Positions 41,122 through 51,074 of a stretch of 64,000 nt of DNA are shown piece by piece (the stretch's first letter is position 1; every line of letters begins with the position of its first letter). A program made the translations under genes and the position numbers. Where the stretch lies: positions 32,001-96,000 of the forward strand of contig JAWBDT010000004.1 of assembly GCA_038821645.1 (NCBI GenBank), given 5' to 3'. The DNA comes from Ignisphaera sp. (lineage in GTDB: Archaea; Thermoproteota; Thermoprotei_A; Sulfolobales; Ignisphaeraceae). The notes beneath the pieces are model-generated. The model had not been told where the DNA came from. It did no database searches and saw only the letters and a list, made by a program, of their open reading frames with translations.

Positions 41122-42117
41122 TTGGTATCTGTTAAATGTCGATATTGTGATAGACCAGCTGTTACAATAGTTAGATATGCGAAACTTAACCTATGTACTG
41201 AACATTTTAGTGAATTCATTGAGTCGAGAGTTGAGGAGACTATTAAGAGGTATAGAATGATTAAGAAAGGAGATAGAGTTGTTCTAGCTGTTTCAGGTGG
41301 AAAAGATAGTGTTGGTTTGATGTATATCATGAATTCATTGTCAAAGAGAATAGGGTTTAGCTATACGGTATTGCATATAGATCTAGGTATAGATGAATAT
41401 TCTAGAAGATCGAGAAAAGTTGTAGAAAAGCATTGTAGAGAGCTCGGTATAGATTGCATAGTTATAGATCTAGGTATAGATCTTGGATTCACATTGCCTC
41501 AATTTGTATCGAAGCTTAGAACAAAAAGAGTGTGCTCGTTGTGTGGCATAGTTAAGAGATACATTATGAACGCTGTGGCTTTAGAAACTAAGGCAGACTC
41601 TATAGCAACAGCACATCATGCTGATGATATTTTGGTGTACCTGTTTAAGAACTTCATTTTACAGGACTACACCTTCCTTAAGAAGCTTGTTCCTGTGAGT
41701 ATTGGTGTTGAAGAAACTGTTGCTACAAAGATAAGACCTATGTACGAGATATACGAGAGAGATATAGCATTATATACTATATTGAAAGGTTTAGAGTTTG
41801 TAGATCTTGAATGTCCATTTAAGAACGTAAAAGGATTTGAGGAATCTATAAAGAAGTTTATAGATGAGATCGAAAACAGGGCACCAGGTACGAAGATATC
41901 TATGCTTAGGAAGTATGCAAAAACATTTTCACTAGATCGTCAGGAAAAGCCTATAGATTTAGGTAGATGCTCTATCTGTGGATTAATTTCTCAGAAAGAT
42001 GTATGTACCTTCTGTAAATTAACAGAAAAAGCTTTTGGACAAGCAAAAGGATCCTTAGTTAAAGAAATAACTAGATCTAGATGTACTACATATTGTGTGA
42101 AACCTCATTTGAATTGA
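41122..42117 (+). CDS. ttuA: tRNA 2-thiolation protein (TtuA/Ncs6 family)
   Basis: N- and C-terminal Zn fingers, SGGKDS PP-loop, CSLC, TAHH.DD, CP. Confidence 0.85.
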   Translation: MVSVKCRYCDRPAVTIVRYAKLNLCTEHFSEFIESRVEETIKRYRMIKKGDRVVLAVSGGKDSVGLMYIMNSLSKRIGFSYTVLHIDLGIDEYSRRSRKVVEKHCRELGIDCIVIDLGIDLGFTLPQFVSKLRTKRVCSLCGIVKRYIMNAVALETKADSIATAHHADDILVYLFKNFILQDYTFLKKLVPVSIGVEETVATKIRPMYEIYERDIALYTILKGLEFVDLECPFKNVKGFEESIKKFIDEIENRAPGTKISMLRKYAKTFSLDRQEKPIDLGRCSICGLISQKDVCTFCKLTEKAFGQAKGSLVKEITRSRCTTYCVKPHLN

Positions 42118-42132
42118 TATGGGGTAGAGGTA

Positions 42133-42843
42133 ATGTATATAGAATCGTTTGTAAATAGGTTGAGTGTTGAAGATATGGCAAAGCTTATTGACAATACTTT
42201 GCTTAAACCTGAAGCAACGTTAAAAGAAATTGTAAAGAGTATTGAAGAAACGAGAAACTATGGATTCAATTGCATCGTTCTTTCACCCTATCACGCTCTT
42301 CAAATTCTGTCTAATGGATTGTCAAGAGATGTCGATATATGTAGTGTTGTTGGGTTTCCAATGGGCTTTACATCAACAAGTATTAAGGTTATGGAGGCAG
42401 AAGAGCTTCTATCTCGTGGTGTTAAAGAAATAGATATGGTTATGAATATCCAGGCATTCAAAAGTAGCAGATATGATGAAGTGTTGAACGATATTGTAGC
42501 TGTTGTCGATGTAGCTAAAAGGTATGGAGCTATAGCCAAAGTCATTATAGAATCTCCTATACTAAGTTACACAGAGAAGATGAAGGCTGTTGAACTAGTT
42601 ATTGAATCTGGAGCTCATTTCGTGAAAACATCAACAGGAATATTATCAAAGACTAATCTGCATGACGTATACACAATAGTTAAATTGGCTAGGGGTAGGG
42701 TTAAGGTAAAAGCTTCTGGAGGATTCAGAAACGCTGTTGATGTGCTTATGGCTCTAGCTATAGGTGCTAATAGAATTGGTACTTCATCAGCTGTACAGAT
42801 AATTGAAGAGTTCAAGGTACTAAAAGAGACTAAGGCAATATAG
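42133..42843 (+). CDS. deoC: Deoxyribose-phosphate aldolase
   Basis: VVGFPMG, EIDMV, KVIIE, FVKTSTG, KASGG, RIGTS. Confidence 0.95.
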   Translation: MYIESFVNRLSVEDMAKLIDNTLLKPEATLKEIVKSIEETRNYGFNCIVLSPYHALQILSNGLSRDVDICSVVGFPMGFTSTSIKVMEAEELLSRGVKEIDMVMNIQAFKSSRYDEVLNDIVAVVDVAKRYGAIAKVIIESPILSYTEKMKAVELVIESGAHFVKTSTGILSKTNLHDVYTIVKLARGRVKVKASGGFRNAVDVLMALAIGANRIGTSSAVQIIEEFKVLKETKAI

Positions 42844-42878
42844 CTATAGACGTAAGATTTATCTGTCAGAAAAGTTAT

Positions 42879-42951
42879 GATATGTATGGCTTTACAACTG
42901 AGCCGAAAGACGGCTCTGGATGAGTAAAGCAGGGACGTATTCACCGCTACA
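42879..42951 (+). ncRNA. Candidate structured RNA with K-turn-like motif
   Basis: Nested stems GCTTTAC/GTAAAGC and GCCG/CGGC enclosing CTGA...GATGA; GC-rich patch in AT-rich intergenic DNA; strand not certain. Confidence 0.4.
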
Positions 42952-43335
42952 TCTATTACTCTACAATCAATGTTTTCCTTAACCAAGAGAATAGATTCAT
43001 GTTTGGTATGAATCTAGGAATAATATAATGGGATAAAAGTTATGATGATGGAGATGCAAAGGTATGGATATTGCTGAAGACTGGGAATTTGTCTAACAAT
43101 ATAGATGGAATTATTAAGAGATAATCCTAGGAATAATGAGGAAACATCTTTAGCGATCATGAGTTTATTTTTGAATAATTAATTAAATGTTTACTATATA
43201 TAGCTACGTCAAGAGATAACGAGAATAGGTGAAAATCCTTACCCATATATATGATCTTTCACATTCAATATAATGAGAGAAAAATACATATACCTCAGCT
43301 ATCACTATATCTTCTGCTCGTAAGGCTCGAGATTT

Positions 43336-43653
43336 ATGTCAGATAATATCGGTAGATATGATGATTTTCTTCCAGAAGATTTGGTTAAGGAGGTTAAAGA
43401 GTATGAAGAGAGATTCAGTAAGAAGTCTAGAGGTAAAGGTAGAGCTAGATTTCCAAGTAATGAAGATATAGTTGATGCTATAATTAATGTTACAGGTAGC
43501 ATCCTAACTAGATACAACATAAATGATCTCTATATAAACGTTATAGATTATCTAAAGAGTCAAGGATTTGATACTTCTGCTCTTACTGAATCTAGAGTTG
43601 AAAGACTCGTAAGCTCATTGCTCAAAAAAGGAGTGTTATCTAAGAAACTATAG
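43336..43653 (+). CDS. Hypothetical protein, possible winged-helix C-terminus
   Basis: 105-aa ORF ending RVERLVSSLLKKGVL. Confidence 0.65.
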   Translation: MSDNIGRYDDFLPEDLVKEVKEYEERFSKKSRGKGRARFPSNEDIVDAIINVTGSILTRYNINDLYINVIDYLKSQGFDTSALTESRVERLVSSLLKKGVLSKKL

Positions 43654-43692
43654 AAATATTTATTCAATACAAAGCTGGTACATTATCTAAAG

Positions 43693-46600
43693 CTAGTTAA
43701 TGTATTGTGGCATGGTTTGTGCTACTAGATGTATTGTGTATAAAAGTTTTGATCTAGCTTCAAGATATCTTTTGATATATGATGCAATATTTTGAGGAAT
43801 ACTCTTTATATTTTCACCTCTTTCCTTAATGAAATCTATATAGATCTTCTGAAGCTTAGCTACATCTATACTCTCTAGGTCTATCTCCATACCCTCGATC
43901 ACCAGCTCTGAAGCTACTGTAGTAAGTGATACAGGGTTAATCCCTATTTTCAGTAAGTCTTCTCTTAAGCTATATCCATAATCATTAACAGTTCTAGCCA
44001 ATCTCTTTAGACCTATAGCTTCAAGTCCTTTAACCGCTACATCTTTATCATAGACTACTAGCTTCATATCGTTATACATAACTAGATCCTCAACTTCTAC
44101 CTCAAAATCTCTAAGAGATTTGGGAGGTGGTGTAAAAGGATACATTACGTAGAGATCTACAACAGTTTTAGTGGATTCCCCATCATATATACTAAGACCT
44201 ACTATAGCTCTACGTATAGCTTCATCTTCATCGATTATCTGACCAATACCGTCGAGAGTAACAATCTTGAGAACTCTACTAGGCTTAGGTATGATTATCT
44301 TTTTGTTCCTGAATATAGCTGCAACTCTTTCTCTTAGCAGTATATAGTCTATAATCCTAATAGCTATATCCCTAACAGTGTTAAGATCTATACCTATGGA
44401 TAGAAGATCGGCATAAGCTATATCATCTAACTGTAGCAACAGAATCAGATCTATATCCTCTGGACTATATGTCTCTATATCTTTTCGAATTCTACTCCAA
44501 TCTAGACTATCTATAAGTCCCGCAGCTTCAGGTTCATGTATTTCAAAGAACTTCTTTTCTCCTATTTTGCCAACGCTATACATAATGGTTTCGAGAGGTA
44601 TTCCATATAATTTCCTAAGCAGAACCATTAAATAAGCAAGACCTAGCCTAAGTAACATTGAATCCTCTCTTTCATCAACCTCAATGAGAAATCCATAGGT
44701 ATAGTCTTGGTATAGACCAACTGTTTCAACAGGAACGTATATCGTTTTTCTATCATATGAAACAACATGTTTATCACCTATTCTCGATATCCTCGGTTTA
44801 CTTGAAATGAGGTACCATATCACTCTATTCGGAACCTTTCTATATTCACCGAAACCTTGTTTAGGTGTATAGACAACAGCAAGAACATAGCTATACAACT
44901 TACCTCTCGCTATATCTTTCAGTATATTTGCCTCTTCTCTCCACAAAGATTTTAGATACCTGTATTCTTCTAATGCTTCAGCAATAGCATCATCGCTATA
45001 GAAACTGAATCTACCGAGTTTAGTCTCTATAACGGCTCTAGCAATTCTATGGCTTTTACCACTCTCGACATGCTTAACTATAGCATCTTGAGAAAGATCT
45101 ATACAGCCTTTTTGAAAACGTTCAATAAGATCACAATGACCTATAGGCTCGAGAGGTATAAGTCTTCCATCTTCCTCCATATATCTCTTGATACCATACG
45201 GAGGACCAAACTCATAGAAGTTGAGTCTTTCCCATATCCATTTAGCTTTATCCACATCTATAGATCCATCACGTTTAACCACTTTTACAGCCTTTAGGAC
45301 TCTGTGTTCTTCTTCAGTAATTTTTTCTCTATACCATGGAGAGAGAACCTTTGCTAAACCTGTAAACAAATGTATATACTTATTATTGGGATTTATTATA
45401 GTTTTTTCTAGTTGTAATTGAAGCCATCGTTCAAATGCATTCATACCTTTTGAAAGTAGCTCCCAATCCCAACGCGTAGACGGTATGATTAACGATTCCG
45501 AGAAAGGTATACCTTTTCTTCTACCTTTCCTACCCTCTCTTTGCAGAAATTCTCTAACACTTTCAGGTAACCCGATATGTACTATTCTGACAATAGTACC
45601 TATATCTATTCCTTGGCTTAATGTTCTAGGACTCACAATAATCTTTATTTCACCTCTTCTAGCTTTCTCTTCAATGATTTCTCGATCCTTTTTAGGAATT
45701 AAATGATGGTGAGCTGCTACAACATCTCCTATAGATTCTCTCAAATTTCTGGTAATTTCATCAGCACGTGCAATACTTTTAGTAAAGACAAGCGTAACAC
45801 CATCATCATTTACATAATTTGATAACACTTCTTTTAGATCTATAGATATTGAAGGTGTTTCATAACCTAATGCTTCAAGATACTGGAGAACTCTATATGC
45901 ATTCTCTTTAAATCTCTCGAAATCATTGAGAGCCTCAATGATATCTTTATCTACATCACTTCTCTTTGCAACATCGCTACTATATCTTTTGATACTATTC
46001 CAAATATTTTCAAGATTTTTTCCCAAGATTATGTAGAGTCTATTCTCGACTCTAAATGGCTTACCATCAACTATAGCACATTTTCTATTTGTTACATCTT
46101 CTAGATATCTACATATATCTTCAGGATTTGCTAGAGTTGCTGTCAGGATTACTATTTGTGGTTTTTCATCGCTATACTTCGTTAAGATCTTTATCATAGC
46201 TAGTATTAATGCTATACTTCTTGGGCTATAGAAATCAAATTCATCGATAACAAATAGATTTAGTTTCCTTAAATCGAGTACACATTCTGTAGGAGTTATG
46301 AGGAGTTTTTTAATTTCATGGAAAAGAAATGCAGGATTCGTTATTACAAGGTTTGCAGATGCAAGTGTTTTCCTAAGCCCAGACTTACCTATTTTCTGTA
46401 TAATTTCGTCTCTCTGTAGAGCATCTATTTTCGTAACAGATATACCTGCTGAAGAAGAGTATAGTGATATCCTTTTGATTTGATCGTTTGCTAGTGCTAG
46501 TGTTGGATATACAGCTATAGCCTTAAACGTTCCGTTCTTTGCTTTTTCGTGGAAATAGAAGTACCAGCTTTCAGTCTTACCTGAACCAGTACCAGCTTTA

Positions 46601-46824
46601 AGGATAACATTATATCCTTCTCGAAGAAGATTTAGTGTCATTAGTTGATGTTCGTAGAGATATTCTTGAGCTAGCTCTATGCCGATAGTCTCTAGCTCGG
46701 GAACTATATCTATAAATTTAACGTTTGTTCTAGTGGGTTGTAGAGATGGTTCAATGTTCTTTACATAATCGTAACCAAGATTCTTCAAAAAGTATTCGCT
46801 ATCTGTTATCTTCACCAAGAACAC
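43693..46824 (-). CDS. SF2 DEAD/DEAH helicase (Hrq1/SftH/MrfA-like) with long C-terminal extension
   Basis: LYEHQ, GTGSGKT, YPTLALANDQ, TNP, IDEFD, TATLAN, GIDIG, QREGRKGR. Confidence 0.85.
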   Translation of the reverse strand: MFLVKITDSEYFLKNLGYDYVKNIEPSLQPTRTNVKFIDIVPELETIGIELAQEYLYEHQLMTLNLLREGYNVILKAGTGSGKTESWYFYFHEKAKNGTFKAIAVYPTLALANDQIKRISLYSSSAGISVTKIDALQRDEIIQKIGKSGLRKTLASANLVITNPAFLFHEIKKLLITPTECVLDLRKLNLFVIDEFDFYSPRSIALILAMIKILTKYSDEKPQIVILTATLANPEDICRYLEDVTNRKCAIVDGKPFRVENRLYIILGKNLENIWNSIKRYSSDVAKRSDVDKDIIEALNDFERFKENAYRVLQYLEALGYETPSISIDLKEVLSNYVNDDGVTLVFTKSIARADEITRNLRESIGDVVAAHHHLIPKKDREIIEEKARRGEIKIIVSPRTLSQGIDIGTIVRIVHIGLPESVREFLQREGRKGRRKGIPFSESLIIPSTRWDWELLSKGMNAFERWLQLQLEKTIINPNNKYIHLFTGLAKVLSPWYREKITEEEHRVLKAVKVVKRDGSIDVDKAKWIWERLNFYEFGPPYGIKRYMEEDGRLIPLEPIGHCDLIERFQKGCIDLSQDAIVKHVESGKSHRIARAVIETKLGRFSFYSDDAIAEALEEYRYLKSLWREEANILKDIARGKLYSYVLAVVYTPKQGFGEYRKVPNRVIWYLISSKPRISRIGDKHVVSYDRKTIYVPVETVGLYQDYTYGFLIEVDEREDSMLLRLGLAYLMVLLRKLYGIPLETIMYSVGKIGEKKFFEIHEPEAAGLIDSLDWSRIRKDIETYSPEDIDLILLLQLDDIAYADLLSIGIDLNTVRDIAIRIIDYILLRERVAAIFRNKKIIIPKPSRVLKIVTLDGIGQIIDEDEAIRRAIVGLSIYDGESTKTVVDLYVMYPFTPPPKSLRDFEVEVEDLVMYNDMKLVVYDKDVAVKGLEAIGLKRLARTVNDYGYSLREDLLKIGINPVSLTTVASELVIEGMEIDLESIDVAKLQKIYIDFIKERGENIKSIPQNIASYIKRYLEARSKLLYTIHLVAQTMPQYIN

Positions 46825-46836
46825 CGAGTGTATTAT

Positions 46837-46889
46837 CTTCAGAGAGGATTCGTGACATCATCTTTCAGAGCCCACCACAATCATCACGA
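46837..46889 (-). ncRNA. Box C/D guide sRNA
   Basis: Minus strand GTGATGA-ttgtggtgggct-CTGA-aag-ATGATGT-cacgaatcctct-CTGA, between lrp and helicase. Confidence 0.85.
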
Positions 46890-46892
46890 AGT

Positions 46893-47360
46893 CTATATTG
46901 TGGCTACATGTATATCATCTTTAACAGCCTTAAATATCACACTAGTTACACTACCTTTTATGTGTGGATTCTTAAGAATCCTCTTAATAAATCTATCCAA
47001 ATCTTCAACATCTTTAAACAAAGCCATAATAGCTATATCATATTCTCCAGTTATATCGTAAACACCTCTAACATTATCCTCAATAGATATACTTCTTTCA
47101 ATATCCTCTATATGAGCTCCATCGACATTAAGTAGTATTAGAGCCATTAAGTTATAGCCTAGCTTCTTATAGTCTACAACAGCAGTACATTTCTTAATGA
47201 GTCCCAATTTCTTCAGTTTCTGGATCTTCTTAGATACAATGGTTGGTGATTTACCTACTCTACGAGATATCTTGCGAACACTTAAGCTACAATCTTCTAT
47301 AAGTATCTTCAGTATCTCTTTATCGATATCATCAAGTGTCTCTGTAGACACTAAACACAC
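46893..47360 (-). CDS. Lrp/AsnC transcriptional regulator
   Basis: LDDIDKEIL HTH, DYKKLG, ITGEYD. Confidence 0.93.
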   Translation of the reverse strand: MCLVSTETLDDIDKEILKILIEDCSLSVRKISRRVGKSPTIVSKKIQKLKKLGLIKKCTAVVDYKKLGYNLMALILLNVDGAHIEDIERSISIEDNVRGVYDITGEYDIAIMALFKDVEDLDRFIKRILKNPHIKGSVTSVIFKAVKDDIHVATI

Positions 47361-47397
47361 CTAAACTATGTGGTGTGTAGAGGGTTCAAAATCTTAG

Positions 47398-48597
47398 TTA
47401 GTGCTTAATTGTTGAAGTAGATAGAATTGTATCTAGTATCTTCTTCCTAAATGATCTATTCTTCGATAAATACATATTCAACTCTTTGATGCATCTTCTA
47501 TTAAGCTTCTTCTTAACTATACAAGGTAGCATTCTAATGCAATCTTGACTTTCTCTACATCTATTAACAATAAGCATAAGGGTTCTTCTATCGTATCCTG
47601 ATCTATATAGGGGAACTATAGATATAGGTTCTTCTTTGTGCTTCAAGAATCGATGTTTGTAGAGAATAACCATAGCAATCAAAATAGATAACACTATTAG
47701 GAGTAGAGGAAATAGGGTAGGATCACCATTAACAACGTATACATAGATATACCGAAACGGATTAAGTATCATTCCGAGAGTCTTTAGACCGCTATATCCA
47801 TATTCAATCATTTCTTCTGGAAGCAATGGTCTAAGGCTATACCTAGATGAATCAACTAAAAACAAGACTCTAGATACATTACCTCTACAAAGCTTGTTGA
47901 TAAGGCTATCCACAACTATTGTGTAAACATTTATTTTGTTTATAGAAGGTATTGCAGCATTAGTTACTATTGATCCATCTCCTAGGACAAAAACCATACC
48001 TACATTAAGATCACATAATGCACCAACAACACTATCTGCAGCGTATGCTATAGGTCTACATAGAGATTGATTGTATATAGATATCGTTGACACATAAGAA
48101 AACACTATATCGTATCTATAGTCAATATCTATGTAGCCAGAAACAATATCTTCTGCATAACTGTAAACAGATTTATACATCTTTACATAATTAAATGCAT
48201 TTATCTTGACAGGTACATCTAAGGAATCTAGTATCCTATTTGCGTAAGGACCTTCATCAAGAATAGCTATACTGAAACCATGCTTCAGAAAAAGTCTTGC
48301 AATAATATTTATATCATTATCGCTATAGGCTTTTTCTGGCGATATAAAGATCATTAGCCTACAGCTATAGTCTTGGACAAGATGGTTCTGCAGAGTTGGT
48401 TCAGCATCAATCCAGCTATTGACTAAGATAACATCTCCGTAATTTTTAGCTAGATATCTAACAAAGTTAGAGGTGCCGTCCCATCTATGGTTATAAGGAG
48501 AAGCACCTCTAAATGTGATACCTTGAGCTCTGTTCTCAAAGGCTATTAAAAGAATTACAGATATAACTAGTAGAATGATAAACCATTTCAACCTCAT
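47398..48597 (-). CDS. DUF4350-like membrane-anchored protein
   Basis: Signal/TM, SPYN..WDGTS, ISPEKAY, VLGDGSI.TN, C-terminal TM; typical MoxR neighbour. Confidence 0.7.
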   Translation of the reverse strand: MRLKWFIILLVISVILLIAFENRAQGITFRGASPYNHRWDGTSNFVRYLAKNYGDVILVNSWIDAEPTLQNHLVQDYSCRLMIFISPEKAYSDNDINIIARLFLKHGFSIAILDEGPYANRILDSLDVPVKINAFNYVKMYKSVYSYAEDIVSGYIDIDYRYDIVFSYVSTISIYNQSLCRPIAYAADSVVGALCDLNVGMVFVLGDGSIVTNAAIPSINKINVYTIVVDSLINKLCRGNVSRVLFLVDSSRYSLRPLLPEEMIEYGYSGLKTLGMILNPFRYIYVYVVNGDPTLFPLLLIVLSILIAMVILYKHRFLKHKEEPISIVPLYRSGYDRRTLMLIVNRCRESQDCIRMLPCIVKKKLNRRCIKELNMYLSKNRSFRKKILDTILSTSTIKH

Positions 48598-48758
48598 TCT
48601 CTACACCCACTATTAAGAAGCGACATCAACACTATTGCACATCCAAGAGATATAAGGGAGGCAACATATCTTTGAAAAATGGCTAGAACTATAGCGATTA
48701 ATATCACTAATACAGCTAAATACAGAAGATAATTGGTTCCCCTAATATCTCTACCCAC
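48594..48758 (-). CDS. Small two-TM membrane protein (54 aa)
   Basis: GTG start; MGRDIRGTNYLLYLAVLVILIAIVLAIFQRYVASLISLGCAIVLMSLLNSGCRE; fills the operon gap exactly with an ATGA overlap. Confidence 0.65.
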   Translation of the reverse strand: MGRDIRGTNYLLYLAVLVILIAIVLAIFQRYVASLISLGCAIVLMSLLNSGCRE

Positions 48759-48759
48759 G

Positions 48760-49257
48760 TTAACCACCTTCAAACATTGCTAGAATGATATCCAGAGCAC
48801 CTATATCTTCATCTATCCATCTGAACAAATAGAGTGGTATAAGTATGGCGATAGACATAGACAGTATTGTCATAATTCTTTTACAAGGATTGACTTTTCT
48901 TGATACATACAATATAAGAGATATAACTAGAGCTACACTCAAAACCGATATCAACGATCTACCGAGTACTGCAGTAATGATACTATCGATAGCTATACCG
49001 AACAAAGTTACAGTAGTACTGTAACTGATGCTCTTAAACAATCCTCTAAGCGATATACAGATCTTGATAGGAGGCTCAAAAGATATGCCTAGGTAAAGAG
49101 ATAGAGCTGTATAGATCAGTAAGTAGGTTGAGGGAATAACTAAAGCTAATGTAAACCCTAACTCTAGATATGTGTAATTCTTAGACATTAATGTAAGTGT
49201 CAACAAAAATGCTAAAGTCAGTAAAATAAGTATGATATCTCTACCTCTTCTAGGCAT
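48760..49257 (-). CDS. Hypothetical membrane protein
   Basis: About 5 TM helices; operon-packed. Confidence 0.65.
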   Translation of the reverse strand: MPRRGRDIILILLTLAFLLTLTLMSKNYTYLELGFTLALVIPSTYLLIYTALSLYLGISFEPPIKICISLRGLFKSISYSTTVTLFGIAIDSIITAVLGRSLISVLSVALVISLILYVSRKVNPCKRIMTILSMSIAILIPLYLFRWIDEDIGALDIILAMFEGG

Positions 49258-51019
49258 TGAGTCTATCCCTATGTTCTATGAGTTTAATCATTTTAATAAC
49301 AGATTTTAACCATGTCTCTCTATCAATTATATCTCTACTAAAACGAAGAATCTCATAACCTTTAACTATGTCTTTCAATAAATCTTTGTATTCCTTATCT
49401 GAGTTACCTAATTTATGTAGTATCTTGCTATATATTTCTCTATGTGTCTCATTGTTACTTATCTTTATACCGAAAACATGAGCAATACTGTATATAAGGT
49501 TCCAAAATAGATCGAAATGTGATTGACTATGTGTATATCTTTCAATATTGTCAATAGAAGTATTACTTATGGATAGTAATCTTAATATATACCTTAGAAG
49601 ATGTTTTCTTCCAACTATCACCAAGATAGTTACTGATATACCTGTAGAAAATGTTATATAGATAGTCAATGGTATGGTGTAGGGTAGAGGATTAGATACA
49701 TCTCTACCTATTTTCACAATATTATCTTGCTCTATAGAGCTCTGTATTGATGTGGCATCAGTATCTATTGACATAACCATATCGATATTGATACTATTAA
49801 TCTTTTCAATATATTTGCTGAGCTTTTTCTCGACATTCTCTATATAGTCTGGTATTTTTGTATCGATATCAGTAAAGAACTTTAAGTTGATGTTGGTGCT
49901 GTTTGAGAGATCGCTAAATGATGTGATATTCTCTTCGCTATACATATCAATAAAATTAAATGGTATACCAATGTATGTTAAGTTATTTACAAAGTTTTCA
50001 CTATCTGAATAGTTAACATATGTGAATGGATACACGATTTCGATAGATATATCTCTTAATCTTTCACCAAACTCTATGCTATCTAGTAAAGCTATTATCT
50101 TGTCTGAATCTATACTCATAACATAGCTAATTATCTTAGGAATATCTTCAGGAGATATTGTTACTCCCTTCTCTTTGAGACTTGAAGCCAAAGCTATAGC
50201 TTTACTAAGTATATATTCAACATCTTGAATAGTTAGAGGTTTACGAACCTCATTTTTGTCAATCTCAATTAGTATTTGTTCTACTGATGAGTATGGATTT
50301 CGTTCAATTATATTGATGTTCGATTTAGACAAGAAATCTTCTAGGAGTAGGTATACAACAATAGATTCTTCGTATAATAGTTTGTCCATGATGTTCTCTA
50401 GAGTGTCTCTATATATTCCTCTACCTTGGAGAGCTATCTTTATTGTGTAAACCTTGCTTATGATCGAGAATAGGTATTCTTGTGATACATTCTCTCCTAA
50501 AAGAACTAGATACTCAATCAATGTATCTAAATCGCTATAGCGATACCTACAATAGCTATCTCCATAGAGTATATTCAGCAAGAGATTAGCAAAGGGATTT
50601 CCACATGTTCTACCACTACTTATCGATATATTGAAGTTAGCTGTGATAGTCAGTATAAGGTTTAAGATATCTCTATCGTCTATATTGCTTGATCCATAAG
50701 CAAATCTCTTTAGAGTTCTAAGCTGAAGAGCTCCAATGAAAATCGATAATGAGGGCTCTGTATATATATGGTTAAATATATGTATGGCATTGTTCTTTAA
50801 ATCTCTATAACTATGCACCTTGATATCACAGTATCGCGAAATATTTACAGAATTAAGCCATCTAAATAATACTTCGAATGAATATAGATCTTTTGTAGCT
50901 ACTTCAGAAATAGTTTCTGAATGTCTAGCATTATCTAGGGCATATGCTGTAGAGCATGTTGAACAAATAGATGTTAAGATGATTATTATGAAGATGATCG
51001 CTTTAGCGCGAACATACAC
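49250..51019 (-). CDS. Secreted/membrane protein with DUF4129-like C-terminus
   Basis: Signal peptide, late TM helix, ETHREI...YEILRFS motif. Confidence 0.65.
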   Translation of the reverse strand: MYVRAKAIIFIIIILTSICSTCSTAYALDNARHSETISEVATKDLYSFEVLFRWLNSVNISRYCDIKVHSYRDLKNNAIHIFNHIYTEPSLSIFIGALQLRTLKRFAYGSSNIDDRDILNLILTITANFNISISSGRTCGNPFANLLLNILYGDSYCRYRYSDLDTLIEYLVLLGENVSQEYLFSIISKVYTIKIALQGRGIYRDTLENIMDKLLYEESIVVYLLLEDFLSKSNINIIERNPYSSVEQILIEIDKNEVRKPLTIQDVEYILSKAIALASSLKEKGVTISPEDIPKIISYVMSIDSDKIIALLDSIEFGERLRDISIEIVYPFTYVNYSDSENFVNNLTYIGIPFNFIDMYSEENITSFSDLSNSTNINLKFFTDIDTKIPDYIENVEKKLSKYIEKINSINIDMVMSIDTDATSIQSSIEQDNIVKIGRDVSNPLPYTIPLTIYITFSTGISVTILVIVGRKHLLRYILRLLSISNTSIDNIERYTHSQSHFDLFWNLIYSIAHVFGIKISNNETHREIYSKILHKLGNSDKEYKDLLKDIVKGYEILRFSRDIIDRETWLKSVIKMIKLIEHRDRLNA

Positions 51020-51074
51020 GTTTATTCACATCAGCTTATATACGTTTAACAAAGTTAATAATTTGTTGTAAAAA

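Noticed and set aside
42615-42986. 123-aa minus-strand ORF
   Set aside because: Mostly antisense to deoC; the remainder is better explained by the RNA hairpin
43040-43080. ATGATGA...CTGA as a fifth box C/D sRNA
   Set aside because: No internal D'/C' boxes and wrong spacing
48594-48758. Apparent frameshift in the small membrane ORF
   Set aside because: Recount of the A5 run at 48675-79 shows the frame is intact
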